Shown one piece after another: positions 38,047-46,434 of a stretch of DNA of 64,000 nt (position 1 is the stretch's first letter; each line of letters opens with the position of its first letter). The notes below the pieces were generated by a model. The model ran no database searches, had not been told where the DNA came from, and was given only the letters and a program-made list of their open reading frames with translations. A program made the translations under genes and the position numbers. Origin of the DNA: a virus; IMG/VR virus record IMGVR_UViG_3300023184_000036. One strand, 5' to 3'.

Positions 38047-38505
38047 ATGAAAAAAATAATTTTACTTTGTTTGTTATTGTCAGGATGCAATACATTTCAA
38101 CCAAACAGTGTTGATATTGTTGGAACTGGATTATCTCATCATGTTGTAGAGCGTAGCAATCCACCATATAATGAAATTAATAGTGGGGTAGGATTGCGAT
38201 TGAACCTTGATAATGACACTGCTTTTCAAGGTGGATTTTTTAATAACAGTTATAACAAACAAAGCAACTATACAATCATAGATTATTCACCATATAAATT
38301 ACTCAAACAAAATGATTGCGGCAATATAGATGGGGGTGGATTTTTAGGTGCAGCAAGCGGCTATAAAGATTATGCAATACCAGTTGGTGGTATACAAGGC
38401 GCAATACATTGTGGTGATTTCTATGTGCGAACAAGGGTAACGCCAGCGCCAAAAGCAGGTGCGGTATTATCCTTTGAAGTAGGGTACACAGTTTTTAAAT
38501 TTTAA
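38047..38505 (+). CDS. PagP-like beta-barrel lipoprotein
   Basis: Lipobox LSGC; SHH...YNEINSGVGL...FFNNSY; C-terminal Phe. Confidence 0.55.
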   Translation: MKKIILLCLLLSGCNTFQPNSVDIVGTGLSHHVVERSNPPYNEINSGVGLRLNLDNDTAFQGGFFNNSYNKQSNYTIIDYSPYKLLKQNDCGNIDGGGFLGAASGYKDYAIPVGGIQGAIHCGDFYVRTRVTPAPKAGAVLSFEVGYTVFKF

Positions 38506-38506
38506 T

Positions 38507-38581
38507 GCTTTCTTGGTGAAATGGATATCACAGAAGTCTACGAAACTTTAGTTCCAAGTTCGAATCTTGGGGAGAGCGCCA
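38507..38581 (+). tRNA. tRNA-Arg(ACG)
   Basis: GAAGT-CTACGAA-ACTTT, CCA. Confidence 0.88.
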
Positions 38582-38586
38582 ATTAA

Positions 38587-38748
38587 TTAAGGACGACCTT
38601 GACCACGATATGCTTTGGTAGCACGACGAACATGTTTATTTTTAGGACGACTTGCTTTGGCATTACCTATACTGGTGCGTTTTTTAACACTTGCTTTTTT
38701 AAATGTAACCTTTTGTGCTGCATTACTGCCACCTTTTGCTTTTGCCAT
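38587..38748 (-). CDS. Small basic protein, 53 aa (not in ORF track)
   Basis: GGAG RBS, late promoter motif; MAKAKGG...KHVRRATKAYRGQGRP. Confidence 0.75.
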   Translation of the reverse strand: MAKAKGGSNAAQKVTFKKASVKKRTSIGNAKASRPKNKHVRRATKAYRGQGRP

Positions 38749-38807
38749 GGTTGATTCTCCCTAAAAAAATATTTATTGATAAAATTAATTTGATATATAC
38801 CAATAAT

Positions 38808-38881
38808 GCGGATATGATGTAGAGGTAACCTGTCTCCTTGCCAAGGAGAATTCACCAGTTCGATTCTGGTTATCCGCTCCA
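38808..38881 (+). tRNA. tRNA-Gly(GCC)
   Basis: GCGGATA/TATCCGC, TCTCC-TTGCCAA-GGAGA. Confidence 0.92.
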
Positions 38882-38896
38882 AAATTTTTTTGTGCT

Positions 38897-39541
38897 ATGA
38901 AAAAATATCTAGAAATTTTAGACATACCCAAATTACCTGATGAATTTATAAATCACATTTTACATGGTTTTGCATTTTTAAAAGAAAATAATTTTTTAAA
39001 TTCGGCAAATTTTTTAACTAATTTTATTGACTTGCACAACCCAAAAGAAAGCAATCCACTTGGTATTGTAAATCCAAAAGAAATTAAAAAAAGTTTAGAA
39101 ATTAACAATTTTGCTGTTAATGATATGGCAGACGATTGGAAATATACTATTGATTTACCAGTTGGTTTAGAAGAGTGGGTAAAAGAAAATGTTATGACAA
39201 ATGGTATACCAAAAATTTTTATTTTTGGCAATGGTATTAGATTTTATCCACATATTGATCCAAGAAACAAAATAGCAATTAATTTTTTAATTCAAAAAAG
39301 TGGTTTTGCAAAAACAACTTTTTATAAAGTTAAACAAGAGTTTTCTGATAAAACTATTTTTCCTACAGTATATTTGCCATATGAAAAATTAGAAAAAGTA
39401 GCAGAATATGAAATTGAAAAATATCAGTGGTATAAATTTAATCCAGAAATTCCTCACAGTGTAGAGGAAATGGACCCAAATGAATACAGAATAATTTTAT
39501 CGATTGATGCTGATTTAGAAAAAAGTAAAGTTTTATTTTAA
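38897..39541 (+). CDS. Cupin/2OG-Fe(II) oxygenase-like protein
   Basis: PHID...AINF...PHSV...RIILS. Confidence 0.55.
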   Translation: MKKYLEILDIPKLPDEFINHILHGFAFLKENNFLNSANFLTNFIDLHNPKESNPLGIVNPKEIKKSLEINNFAVNDMADDWKYTIDLPVGLEEWVKENVMTNGIPKIFIFGNGIRFYPHIDPRNKIAINFLIQKSGFAKTTFYKVKQEFSDKTIFPTVYLPYEKLEKVAEYEIEKYQWYKFNPEIPHSVEEMDPNEYRIILSIDADLEKSKVLF

Positions 39542-39602
39542 ATGAATAAGTTTTTATTAAAAACTACTAAAACAATATCAAAAGTTTATCTTAAATAATT
39601 AT

Positions 39603-40223
39603 ATGGAAGATATAGAAGCAATTTCTTGGAAAAAAACTCACAAAGAAGATTTATGGGTATTTGATAAACTAATTATTGCCAAGAAAATGGGTTATACATG
39701 TGGTCCTGTAGGAGTTGATGTACCTAAACCTGGTTTTTACATTGTGCGTCCGTGTGTCAATATACCAGGCATGGGACGTGGTGCTAAATTGAGACACCTT
39801 ATTAAACGAACAAAACACTTACCTACTGGACATTTCTGGTGTGAATCATTCAGTGGTAGACATATAAGCGTTGATTATAAAAATGGTGAACAAGTGTTAG
39901 CAGTAGAAGGATTTCGTAGAGACGGTCATCTTTGGCAATTTTGCAAGTGGGAACGTGTAAACGATGATCTACCACTATCAGAAATATTTTATGACTTGAC
40001 AAATCGTTATGAATATATCAATGTTGAATATATTGGTGGTAAGGTAATAGAAGTTCACTTTCGTTACAATCCTGACTTTGTTTGGGGCAATAGTGTGGCG
40101 TATCCAGTTTGGGAAAAAATTGATGTGCGACAATTATATCCAGAAGTTGACTTTGATAGTTTAACTTTTGTATCATCTCCAGATTATAAACGTTTAGGGT
40201 TTTATATAGATATGCCGTCTTAG
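39603..40223 (+). CDS. Hypothetical (ATP-grasp-like)
   Basis: YIVRPCVN.PGMG...HISVDY...INVEYIGGKVIEVHFRYNPDF. Confidence 0.55.
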   Translation: MEDIEAISWKKTHKEDLWVFDKLIIAKKMGYTCGPVGVDVPKPGFYIVRPCVNIPGMGRGAKLRHLIKRTKHLPTGHFWCESFSGRHISVDYKNGEQVLAVEGFRRDGHLWQFCKWERVNDDLPLSEIFYDLTNRYEYINVEYIGGKVIEVHFRYNPDFVWGNSVAYPVWEKIDVRQLYPEVDFDSLTFVSSPDYKRLGFYIDMPS

Positions 40224-40289
40224 TGTTGTTGGTCAGCACACCAGTATGTGGTACTGGTAGAGTTAGTTCGAATCTAACAGACGGTGCCA
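40214..40289 (+). tRNA. tRNA-His(GTG), no encoded G-1
   Basis: CCAGT-ATGTGGT-ACTGG; G1:U72, G73. Confidence 0.88.
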
Positions 40290-40333
40290 TTAAAATTTGA
40301 CAAATATAAAAAAATATGATATATTAAAAATAT

Positions 40334-40409
40334 TGCGGGGTAGAGAAGTAGTATCTCGTCTGGCTCATAACCAGAAGATCGTTGGTGCAAATCCAACCCA
40401 CCGCAACCA
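40334..40409 (+). tRNA. tRNA-Met(CAT), initiator-like
   Basis: TGCGGGG start, TCTGG-CTCATAA-CCAGA, ACCA; bulged acceptor. Confidence 0.8.
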
Positions 40410-40414
40410 ATTAT

Positions 40415-40491
40415 CGGAGAGTAGCACAGCCTGGTAGTGCGATGCGTTTGGGACGCATAGGTCGTAGGTTCGAATCCTATCTCTCCGACCA
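40415..40491 (+). tRNA. tRNA-Pro(TGG)
   Basis: CGGAGAG/CTCTCCG, TT-TGG-GA loop. Confidence 0.93.
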
Positions 40492-40505
40492 TTTTTTTAA
40501 AATTT

Positions 40506-40581
40506 GGACCCATAGCTCAATAGGTAGAGCAAGCGGCTTTTAACCGAGAGGTTACAGGTTCAAGTCCTGTTGGGTCTACCA
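40506..40581 (+). tRNA. tRNA-Lys(TTT)
   Basis: CT-TTT-AA loop; top two anticodon-stem pairs are purine mismatches. Confidence 0.85.
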
Positions 40582-40586
40582 TAATT

Positions 40587-40663
40587 GCCTACGTAGTTCA
40601 ATGGATTAGAATGACGGTCTTCGAAACCGTGGGTTGGGGGTTCGAATCCCTCCGTAGGCTCCA
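40587..40663 (+). tRNA. tRNA-Arg(TCG)
   Basis: ACGGT-CTTCGAA-ACCGT. Confidence 0.9.
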
Positions 40664-40714
40664 AAAATAATGCATGACAAATAGACAAAAATAAGTATAA
40701 TAGTTAATAGTTGT

Positions 40715-40791
40715 TCCGTGGTAGCTCAGTTGGTAGTAGCATGTGACTGTTAATCACAGGGTCGCTGGTTCGAGCCCAGCCCACGGAGCCA
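40715..40791 (+). tRNA. tRNA-Asn(GTT)
   Basis: TCCGTGG/CCACGGA, TGTGA-CTGTTAA-TCACA, G73. Confidence 0.93.
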
Positions 40792-40794
40792 TTT

Positions 40795-41421
40795 TTAAAA
40801 TGCTAATGGATAAAAATACCAAATACCATCAGCAAGTATTGCTAATCCAACCAATCCTACAAGAATACTACCGCCCCATAACAGTATGTTAGCACCAAGT
40901 ATAGCAGTAGTGCTTAATACAATTGCAATTTGAAATGAAGTGCTTGCCAATCCAAATAGTGGATTACGTTGTTTAGCAGCATCACGTTCTGCTTCAAGTT
41001 CTCGTGCTTCTGCCATAATTTCTTTTTTTCCATGACCTTTTGGATCACTTTCAAGTTTATCAATAACAGCTTGATAACGCTTTGCACGTTCTTCCAATAT
41101 TTTTCTTACATTTGCTGGTGTAGATGGGTCTTCTAGTTGTGCTTTTGTATTTTCTAAATCAACATAATATAAGTTTTGTTTAATGCTTTTAGCCTGATAA
41201 TATGCCCAAGCATTTGTAACTTCAATATTTGTTTCCATAATTCTGGTTGCATTTTTTCCACCAAAAAGTGTGCATACAGATAATATCATTGCAAATACGG
41301 TAATGGTAATTGTAGAAAGTTTTCTAATCTTTGCTTCTTTTTCTGCAAGTTTTTCTATATCACCATCTTTACGTGTTTTTAGATATGTGTTTACAGTATT
41401 TTGAAATTGCTTAATATCCAT
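40795..41421 (-). CDS. DUF4337-like membrane protein
   Basis: AWAYYQAKSIKQ...FQIAIVLS motif, TM-coil-TM. Confidence 0.75.
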   Translation of the reverse strand: MDIKQFQNTVNTYLKTRKDGDIEKLAEKEAKIRKLSTITITVFAMILSVCTLFGGKNATRIMETNIEVTNAWAYYQAKSIKQNLYYVDLENTKAQLEDPSTPANVRKILEERAKRYQAVIDKLESDPKGHGKKEIMAEARELEAERDAAKQRNPLFGLASTSFQIAIVLSTTAILGANILLWGGSILVGLVGLAILADGIWYFYPLAF

Positions 41422-41472
41422 GGTATTATTCTCTTAACTATATGTAATATTTAGGATATATATAATACAGTT

Positions 41473-41556
41473 GCGTCCGTGGTGGAATGGCAGACACGCT
41501 ACGTTTAGGCCGTAGTGCCGCAAGGCATGGGGGTTCAAGTCCCTCTGGACGCACCA
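41473..41556 (+). tRNA. tRNA-Leu(TAG)
   Basis: CTACG-TTTAGGC-CGTAG, long variable arm. Confidence 0.92.
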
Positions 41557-41558
41557 AT

Positions 41559-41632
41559 GCTCTTGTAGTTAAATGGTATAACAGTTGATTAGTAATCATC
41601 TATTGGCAGTTCGATTCTGTCCAAGAGCACCA
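41559..41632 (+). tRNA. tRNA-Thr(AGT)
   Basis: GCTCTTG/CAAGAGC, GTTGA-TTAGTAA-TCATC. Confidence 0.8.
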
Positions 41633-41637
41633 TATGA

Positions 41638-41727
41638 GGAAAGGTGGCCGAGTGGTTGATGGCTCCAGTCTTGAAAACTGGCGTGGGCGTAAGTTCACCG
41701 TGAGTTCGAATCTCACCCTTTCCGCCA
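41638..41727 (+). tRNA. tRNA-Ser(TGA)
   Basis: CCAGT-CTTGAAA-ACTGG, long variable arm, G73. Confidence 0.93.
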
Positions 41728-41731
41728 TAAT

Positions 41732-41805
41732 GCGGAGTTGGCATATTGGTTGTGCTCCAGCCTTCCAAGCTGGCTAAACGAGTTCGATTCTCGTACTCCG
41801 CTCCA
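41732..41805 (+). tRNA. tRNA-Gly(TCC)
   Basis: CCAGC-CTTCCAA-GCTGG, U73. Confidence 0.92.
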
Positions 41806-41825
41806 TTATTTATTAAGTATATAAA

Positions 41826-43091
41826 ATGTGTGGTTTTGTTTATAGTAATAAAGATATTAATGAAATTGATTTAAAGGATTTAACTCCACGTGGTCCAGAT
41901 GATTCGCATTTTGACAAAAATAAATTAGGATATTTTTATCATTGTAGATTAGCTACACGTGATACAAAAATTAAACAACCAGCAAAAAATAATTTTGGTA
42001 TTTTACTTTATAACGGAACAGAATATTCATTAAAAGAAAATGATTTAGATTATATTTTGAATAATTTGAATGATAATATTGATGATAATATTGAATTTAT
42101 AAAAACATTACGTGGTGATTATTCGATTTGTTGGGTGACAGAACAATATATTCTTATTGCCAAAGATTGTTTTGGAACAAAACCTCTTTTTTGGAGTATT
42201 TCTGAAAATACATTTATAGTTGCAAGCACAGTATTAGCAATTGAAAGTTCTAAGTTAAGTGCATATAAGTTAACTGCAAATAAAATTATGGTATTTTCGC
42301 AAAAAGATTACAAATTGATAAGAAAATGTGAAATTGTAGAATGGGATTTGACACAGGGAAAAAGAAATTTACATAATATTTTTGATGCTTTTGAAGAAAG
42401 TGTTTTAAATCAATATGATAAAAATTGCATGTTGCATTTGAGTAGTGGTTTTGATAGTGGTGGAATTGCTTGTTGTCTACAAAAACACAATAAAAATTTT
42501 ACTGCATTAACATTCGTGGGAACTGAAAATAAAGAAATTTTAAAATTAAGATATAAACTACATACAGGTAAAAAAATTTTTATTACCCCTAACGATTTCA
42601 TTGCCAATGATAACTTAAAAAATGCAATTTATTGGCATGATTTTTTAATGAAAGATTCAATTATATACGATATAAGTTTAGTTGCGGCGCAATTTGCAAA
42701 AAAGCATGAAATAAAAGTAATGCTAACTGGTTCAGGAAGTGATGAATTGTTTAGTGATTATGGATACGATGGCAAACGATTAAAACTTCATAGTCAATTT
42801 GGTGGTAAATTTCCCAATGAATTAAAAACTATATTTCCATGGCATTTATATGCATGTTATCCAATGGAAGTTGATATTCCAATAGTTGAATATATCGACG
42901 GTCTTTATGGTATTGACACACGCCATCCTTATCTAGATCGTAAATTATTTCAAACATGGTTAAATTCTGATTTGCAAATAAAAAATGGAGCATATAAAAA
43001 TTGGTTAGCAGAATATTTTAAACAACATAATTATCCCTTTGCTCCCAATCAAAAAATTGGTGCACATAATCCTGTGGTCTATGTTAAGTAA
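41826..43091 (+). CDS. Asparagine synthetase-like amidotransferase
   Basis: MCG N-terminus, RGPD, YNG, LSSGFDSG, TGSGSDELFSDY, RHPYLD. Confidence 0.85.
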   Translation: MCGFVYSNKDINEIDLKDLTPRGPDDSHFDKNKLGYFYHCRLATRDTKIKQPAKNNFGILLYNGTEYSLKENDLDYILNNLNDNIDDNIEFIKTLRGDYSICWVTEQYILIAKDCFGTKPLFWSISENTFIVASTVLAIESSKLSAYKLTANKIMVFSQKDYKLIRKCEIVEWDLTQGKRNLHNIFDAFEESVLNQYDKNCMLHLSSGFDSGGIACCLQKHNKNFTALTFVGTENKEILKLRYKLHTGKKIFITPNDFIANDNLKNAIYWHDFLMKDSIIYDISLVAAQFAKKHEIKVMLTGSGSDELFSDYGYDGKRLKLHSQFGGKFPNELKTIFPWHLYACYPMEVDIPIVEYIDGLYGIDTRHPYLDRKLFQTWLNSDLQIKNGAYKNWLAEYFKQHNYPFAPNQKIGAHNPVVYVK

Positions 43092-43103
43092 AATAAATAT
43101 TGT

Positions 43104-43262
43104 ATGGGATATTCAATTGCAAAAATGATTGAGTTTGCTTTATCTTATTTGCTTTCTAATGAATTACTTGTTGGTAAAACAAATTTACCTGATTCAACAA
43201 AAGAAATTATTATTAATTATTTTAATGAACGTATTGCACAGATACGTTCCGAACACAAATGA
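43104..43262 (+). CDS. Small hypothetical, 52 aa
   Basis: Fills gap; ATGA overlap with next ORF. Confidence 0.45.
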   Translation: MGYSIAKMIEFALSYLLSNELLVGKTNLPDSTKEIIINYFNERIAQIRSEHK

Positions 43263-43558
43263 AACAACCAACAATAGATGATATAATAATAGACCAAACT
43301 ATAAGTTTGGCACCAAATAAAATATTAATAAAAATATTTCCTAATTTAATTGGAACAGTATTTTTCCCACCACTATCCACAGATTTTTTAAAAGAAACAA
43401 TACAAGAACCGCTAAAGAAATGGTGTAATGAACATTTAAGTCCAAATTACAATATTGTTTATAGATATAATGATGGTGATCCATACTGGTCGCTGTTTTT
43501 AAGTGATACCAGTGACGTGAATCTTTTTATGCTACGTTTTGGTGAAAATAAACACTAA
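43259..43558 (+). CDS. Hypothetical, F-x-LRWG family
   Basis: KKWCN..RYNDGDPYW...LFMLRFG. Confidence 0.65.
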   Translation: MKQPTIDDIIIDQTISLAPNKILIKIFPNLIGTVFFPPLSTDFLKETIQEPLKKWCNEHLSPNYNIVYRYNDGDPYWSLFLSDTSDVNLFMLRFGENKH

Positions 43559-44159
43559 CATTATTTGTTAGATAATTTTGTTTATATTCTTCTGGTGGAT
43601 AATCTATCCCTAATGTATCACACAAATCAATATTATCATCCAACAACGACAAATTGTAATTGGCAACAAACTTTCTTAAATCATGATTTTGATTATCAAT
43701 ATGTTTGCTCATTTCACGCAAATTTTTATAATATCCAATATAGTTTGGATATGTTATATTAAATTCCCCACAACGAACCCACCACCCTAAACAACTATCA
43801 TTGCTACGTTCTACTAAAACAATAGGACAATCTGGCCAGTTATGATTAATAAAATCAAGATGATGACAAAATATATGACTTTTAATTATTCTTATACCAT
43901 TACCACTAAATGGTTTATCAAATTCTTTTTCTAATTCATCTTTACTAAATCTGGTAAAGTTTCTCCAATCACTACCAAATTCCATATCTGGATCAAAGTA
44001 AGTACCAAGATGCATAAGTTGATACTCACCGCTTGCATCATGATAATAAGTTCTATTTTCACTGTAATCAGTTTGATCAATATCTGGTGACCAATAAATG
44101 TTTTTTACAACACTGCTCCATTTACTACCAGGTGCACCAGCTACAAAGATATATTTCAT
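43527..44159 (-). CDS. Sulfotransferase-like P-loop protein
   Basis: IFVAGAPGSKWSS, IIKSH, IVLVER. Confidence 0.6.
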   Translation of the reverse strand: MKYIFVAGAPGSKWSSVVKNIYWSPDIDQTDYSENRTYYHDASGEYQLMHLGTYFDPDMEFGSDWRNFTRFSKDELEKEFDKPFSGNGIRIIKSHIFCHHLDFINHNWPDCPIVLVERSNDSCLGWWVRCGEFNITYPNYIGYYKNLREMSKHIDNQNHDLRKFVANYNLSLLDDNIDLCDTLGIDYPPEEYKQNYLTNNVSVYFHQNVA

Positions 44160-44521
44160 AGACCCATTTCTTTACGGATCTTTGTTGCGCTTATAGCATG
44201 TGTTTCTTCATCAAACACTTCTTGTTCAATCTTATATCCAACATCACGACCGTAAGTTATGTTTACAATGTTGGGAACAAGTTCAACTACAAAATCCGAT
44301 TGATTGTAATAACCTGCATCATGTAAACTTTGTATAATACGATTTTTTACATCAACAAAATTAAATGGGTTATTATCTGTGCCGCCAACATCACGAATCA
44401 TAATGCATACTTGACCTGTTTTTGCATGTGCCCTTTTAAATAACGCAAAGTGACCATCATGCCATGGTTGCCAACGTCCTAACATTTGCACTGTTGGTGC
44501 TTTATTATCCCATGCTTTCAT
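44156..44521 (-). CDS. Cytidylyltransferase-family nucleotidyltransferase (ATP sulfurylase-like role inferred)
   Basis: GRWQPWHDGH (HxGH), ISATKIR. Confidence 0.85.
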   Translation of the reverse strand: MKAWDNKAPTVQMLGRWQPWHDGHFALFKRAHAKTGQVCIMIRDVGGTDNNPFNFVDVKNRIIQSLHDAGYYNQSDFVVELVPNIVNITYGRDVGYKIEQEVFDEETHAISATKIRKEMGL

Positions 44522-44991
44522 GATGATTTCAAACCTTTTAACATTGCTTTAATCCAAGTTGGATGTGTATCAAAATCAAGTTCTTCCATTATATACTTTG
44601 ACCAGAAATCTGCATCTTGAGTATCTACACGGAAATAATAACTGCCTGGTTCTGGTGGAACAAACATCTTGTTTGTATCTTCAAAACGTCCTTCTTTAAT
44701 TGTATCAACCCAAATAACAGTAGCAGGTCCAAAGGCCGCACGAGTGGCTATTGTGGGACATACGAAATCTGCAATTGCCCATGAACCTGCTGCTGTAACT
44801 TGGTCACATAGCCAACCCATACGTCTGGCTTGTTCAATACGATCTGCTTCACTAAAACCAAGATGGCTGTTAATATTTGCACGAACAGCGTCTGCGTTCC
44901 AATGAACTGCTTTTAATTTTGGTGCCAAGGCTTTCGCCAAGGTGGTTTTACCCGACCCTGGCAAGCCCATTATTAGTATCTTCTTATTCAT
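44518..44991 (-). CDS. cysC: Adenylylsulfate kinase-like
   Basis: GLPGSGKTT, NADAVR..LGFSEADRIEQARR, FVCP, F.PP. Confidence 0.8.
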   Translation of the reverse strand: MNKKILIMGLPGSGKTTLAKALAPKLKAVHWNADAVRANINSHLGFSEADRIEQARRMGWLCDQVTAAGSWAIADFVCPTIATRAAFGPATVIWVDTIKEGRFEDTNKMFVPPEPGSYYFRVDTQDADFWSKYIMEELDFDTHPTWIKAMLKGLKSS

Positions 44992-46424
44992 GCCTTTGTA
45001 ATCTTGCTAACGATATAACAGATTATACCACTTCCAAGAGTTTGAATCAATACTCCTGTTGTCATAATTTGTGGACCACCACCTAAAAATTGTCCATAAA
45101 CAAATACAGGTGCACCAATAAACAATCCAACAAATCCACCAGCAAGGAAACCACTGCGAGTAAGAAGATTGTTACCAAGCAATGCTAAAACAATTGGAAC
45201 AAAGAATGTTAATGTAAGTGTCTTACCAAATACAAATATTTGATTCAAATCAAGACCTGGTATATTTGCAAGTGCGATACCAAGAACGGCAAGACCGACC
45301 ATTCCCCACTTACCCCAACTTACAGCATTACTACCACCAGCATTATCATGAACATCATTACCTACAAGATTAGCACTTGAAAGCAATTGTGTATCAATAA
45401 TACTAACAAGACCACTGAATACTACGGCAAGATAGATAAGTGGCAACCACCAACCCACAACGTTAGCCATAACATAAAGATTAATAAATTGTGTATTTGC
45501 TCCTTCAACTGGATAATGTAAACCAGCGGCAGTCATACCAAGTAGACCACCAACTATTGGAAGAATTAACCAATACATAGGACCAGTAATAAATGCTTGA
45601 CGAACAAATTCTGCTTTCATACTAAAAGCATTTTGATACATTGCATTATCACTCCATGGACTTGCAAGGTGACCAAGAACTGTAGGTACACCAAAACCAA
45701 GCAACAATCCAAGTGTAAATGGACTATCCCAAAGATTTGTTCCTTGTCCTGTTTTACCACCAATACCAGCAAGTGCAGGTTCAAACCCAACTGTGCCAAA
45801 TACGCTGACAGCAACAATAATCATACCAATCCAAATTGCTGCAATCTTAACTATATCAGTGCCGATTGTTGCTTTAAGACCACCACGCCAGCTATAAACC
45901 ATAGCAATGGCTACAAGAAGTAAACTAACTAACAATGGGCTTAAACCAGTTAATAGTGCAACACTTTTACTGCCTGCAAATAGGTTAATTGTTAAACCTT
46001 GTAGTGCATAAAAAGCTGTTTGTAGTAGAACACAATACTGAACAAGCCTACCATACTTGGTTCTAAACCATTGGCTTAATGTAAAGCCTTGTCCATATTG
46101 CTCTCGCAACCTATAAATTGCAAAACTAAACAGTATAAGAGCAAAGAAATTTCCCAGACTAAACCAAAAAACACCTGCTATACCATTATTAAAACCTTGT
46201 TGTGCGGCAACAAAAAGACCTGGTGCCCAAATCCAACTTGCACCAACGCTCATACTACCTTGCCAAAAATTGACATTACGATTGGCAACAAGAAATGCTT
46301 CTTTACCAACGCCATAACCTTTGGCAAACCAACTTGTAAGGGCAAAAACAAATACTGCATAAAGTGCAATAAGTGCTAACCCTGTTCCCTGACTAAAAAG
46401 TGGGAATAAATTTTGAATATCCAT
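44988..46424 (-). CDS. Sodium:solute symporter family transporter
   Basis: About 13 hydrophobic segments; FLVANR, SVGASWIWAP, GGLKATIGTD. Confidence 0.88.
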   Translation of the reverse strand: MDIQNLFPLFSQGTGLALIALYAVFVFALTSWFAKGYGVGKEAFLVANRNVNFWQGSMSVGASWIWAPGLFVAAQQGFNNGIAGVFWFSLGNFFALILFSFAIYRLREQYGQGFTLSQWFRTKYGRLVQYCVLLQTAFYALQGLTINLFAGSKSVALLTGLSPLLVSLLLVAIAMVYSWRGGLKATIGTDIVKIAAIWIGMIIVAVSVFGTVGFEPALAGIGGKTGQGTNLWDSPFTLGLLLGFGVPTVLGHLASPWSDNAMYQNAFSMKAEFVRQAFITGPMYWLILPIVGGLLGMTAAGLHYPVEGANTQFINLYVMANVVGWWLPLIYLAVVFSGLVSIIDTQLLSSANLVGNDVHDNAGGSNAVSWGKWGMVGLAVLGIALANIPGLDLNQIFVFGKTLTLTFFVPIVLALLGNNLLTRSGFLAGGFVGLFIGAPVFVYGQFLGGGPQIMTTGVLIQTLGSGIICYIVSKITKA

Positions 46425-46434
46425 TTTTATTTCC

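Noticed and set aside
37847-40513. Minus-strand ORFs 37847-38035, 38667-38882, 40018-40290 and 40274-40513
   Set aside because: Antisense translations of tRNA genes.
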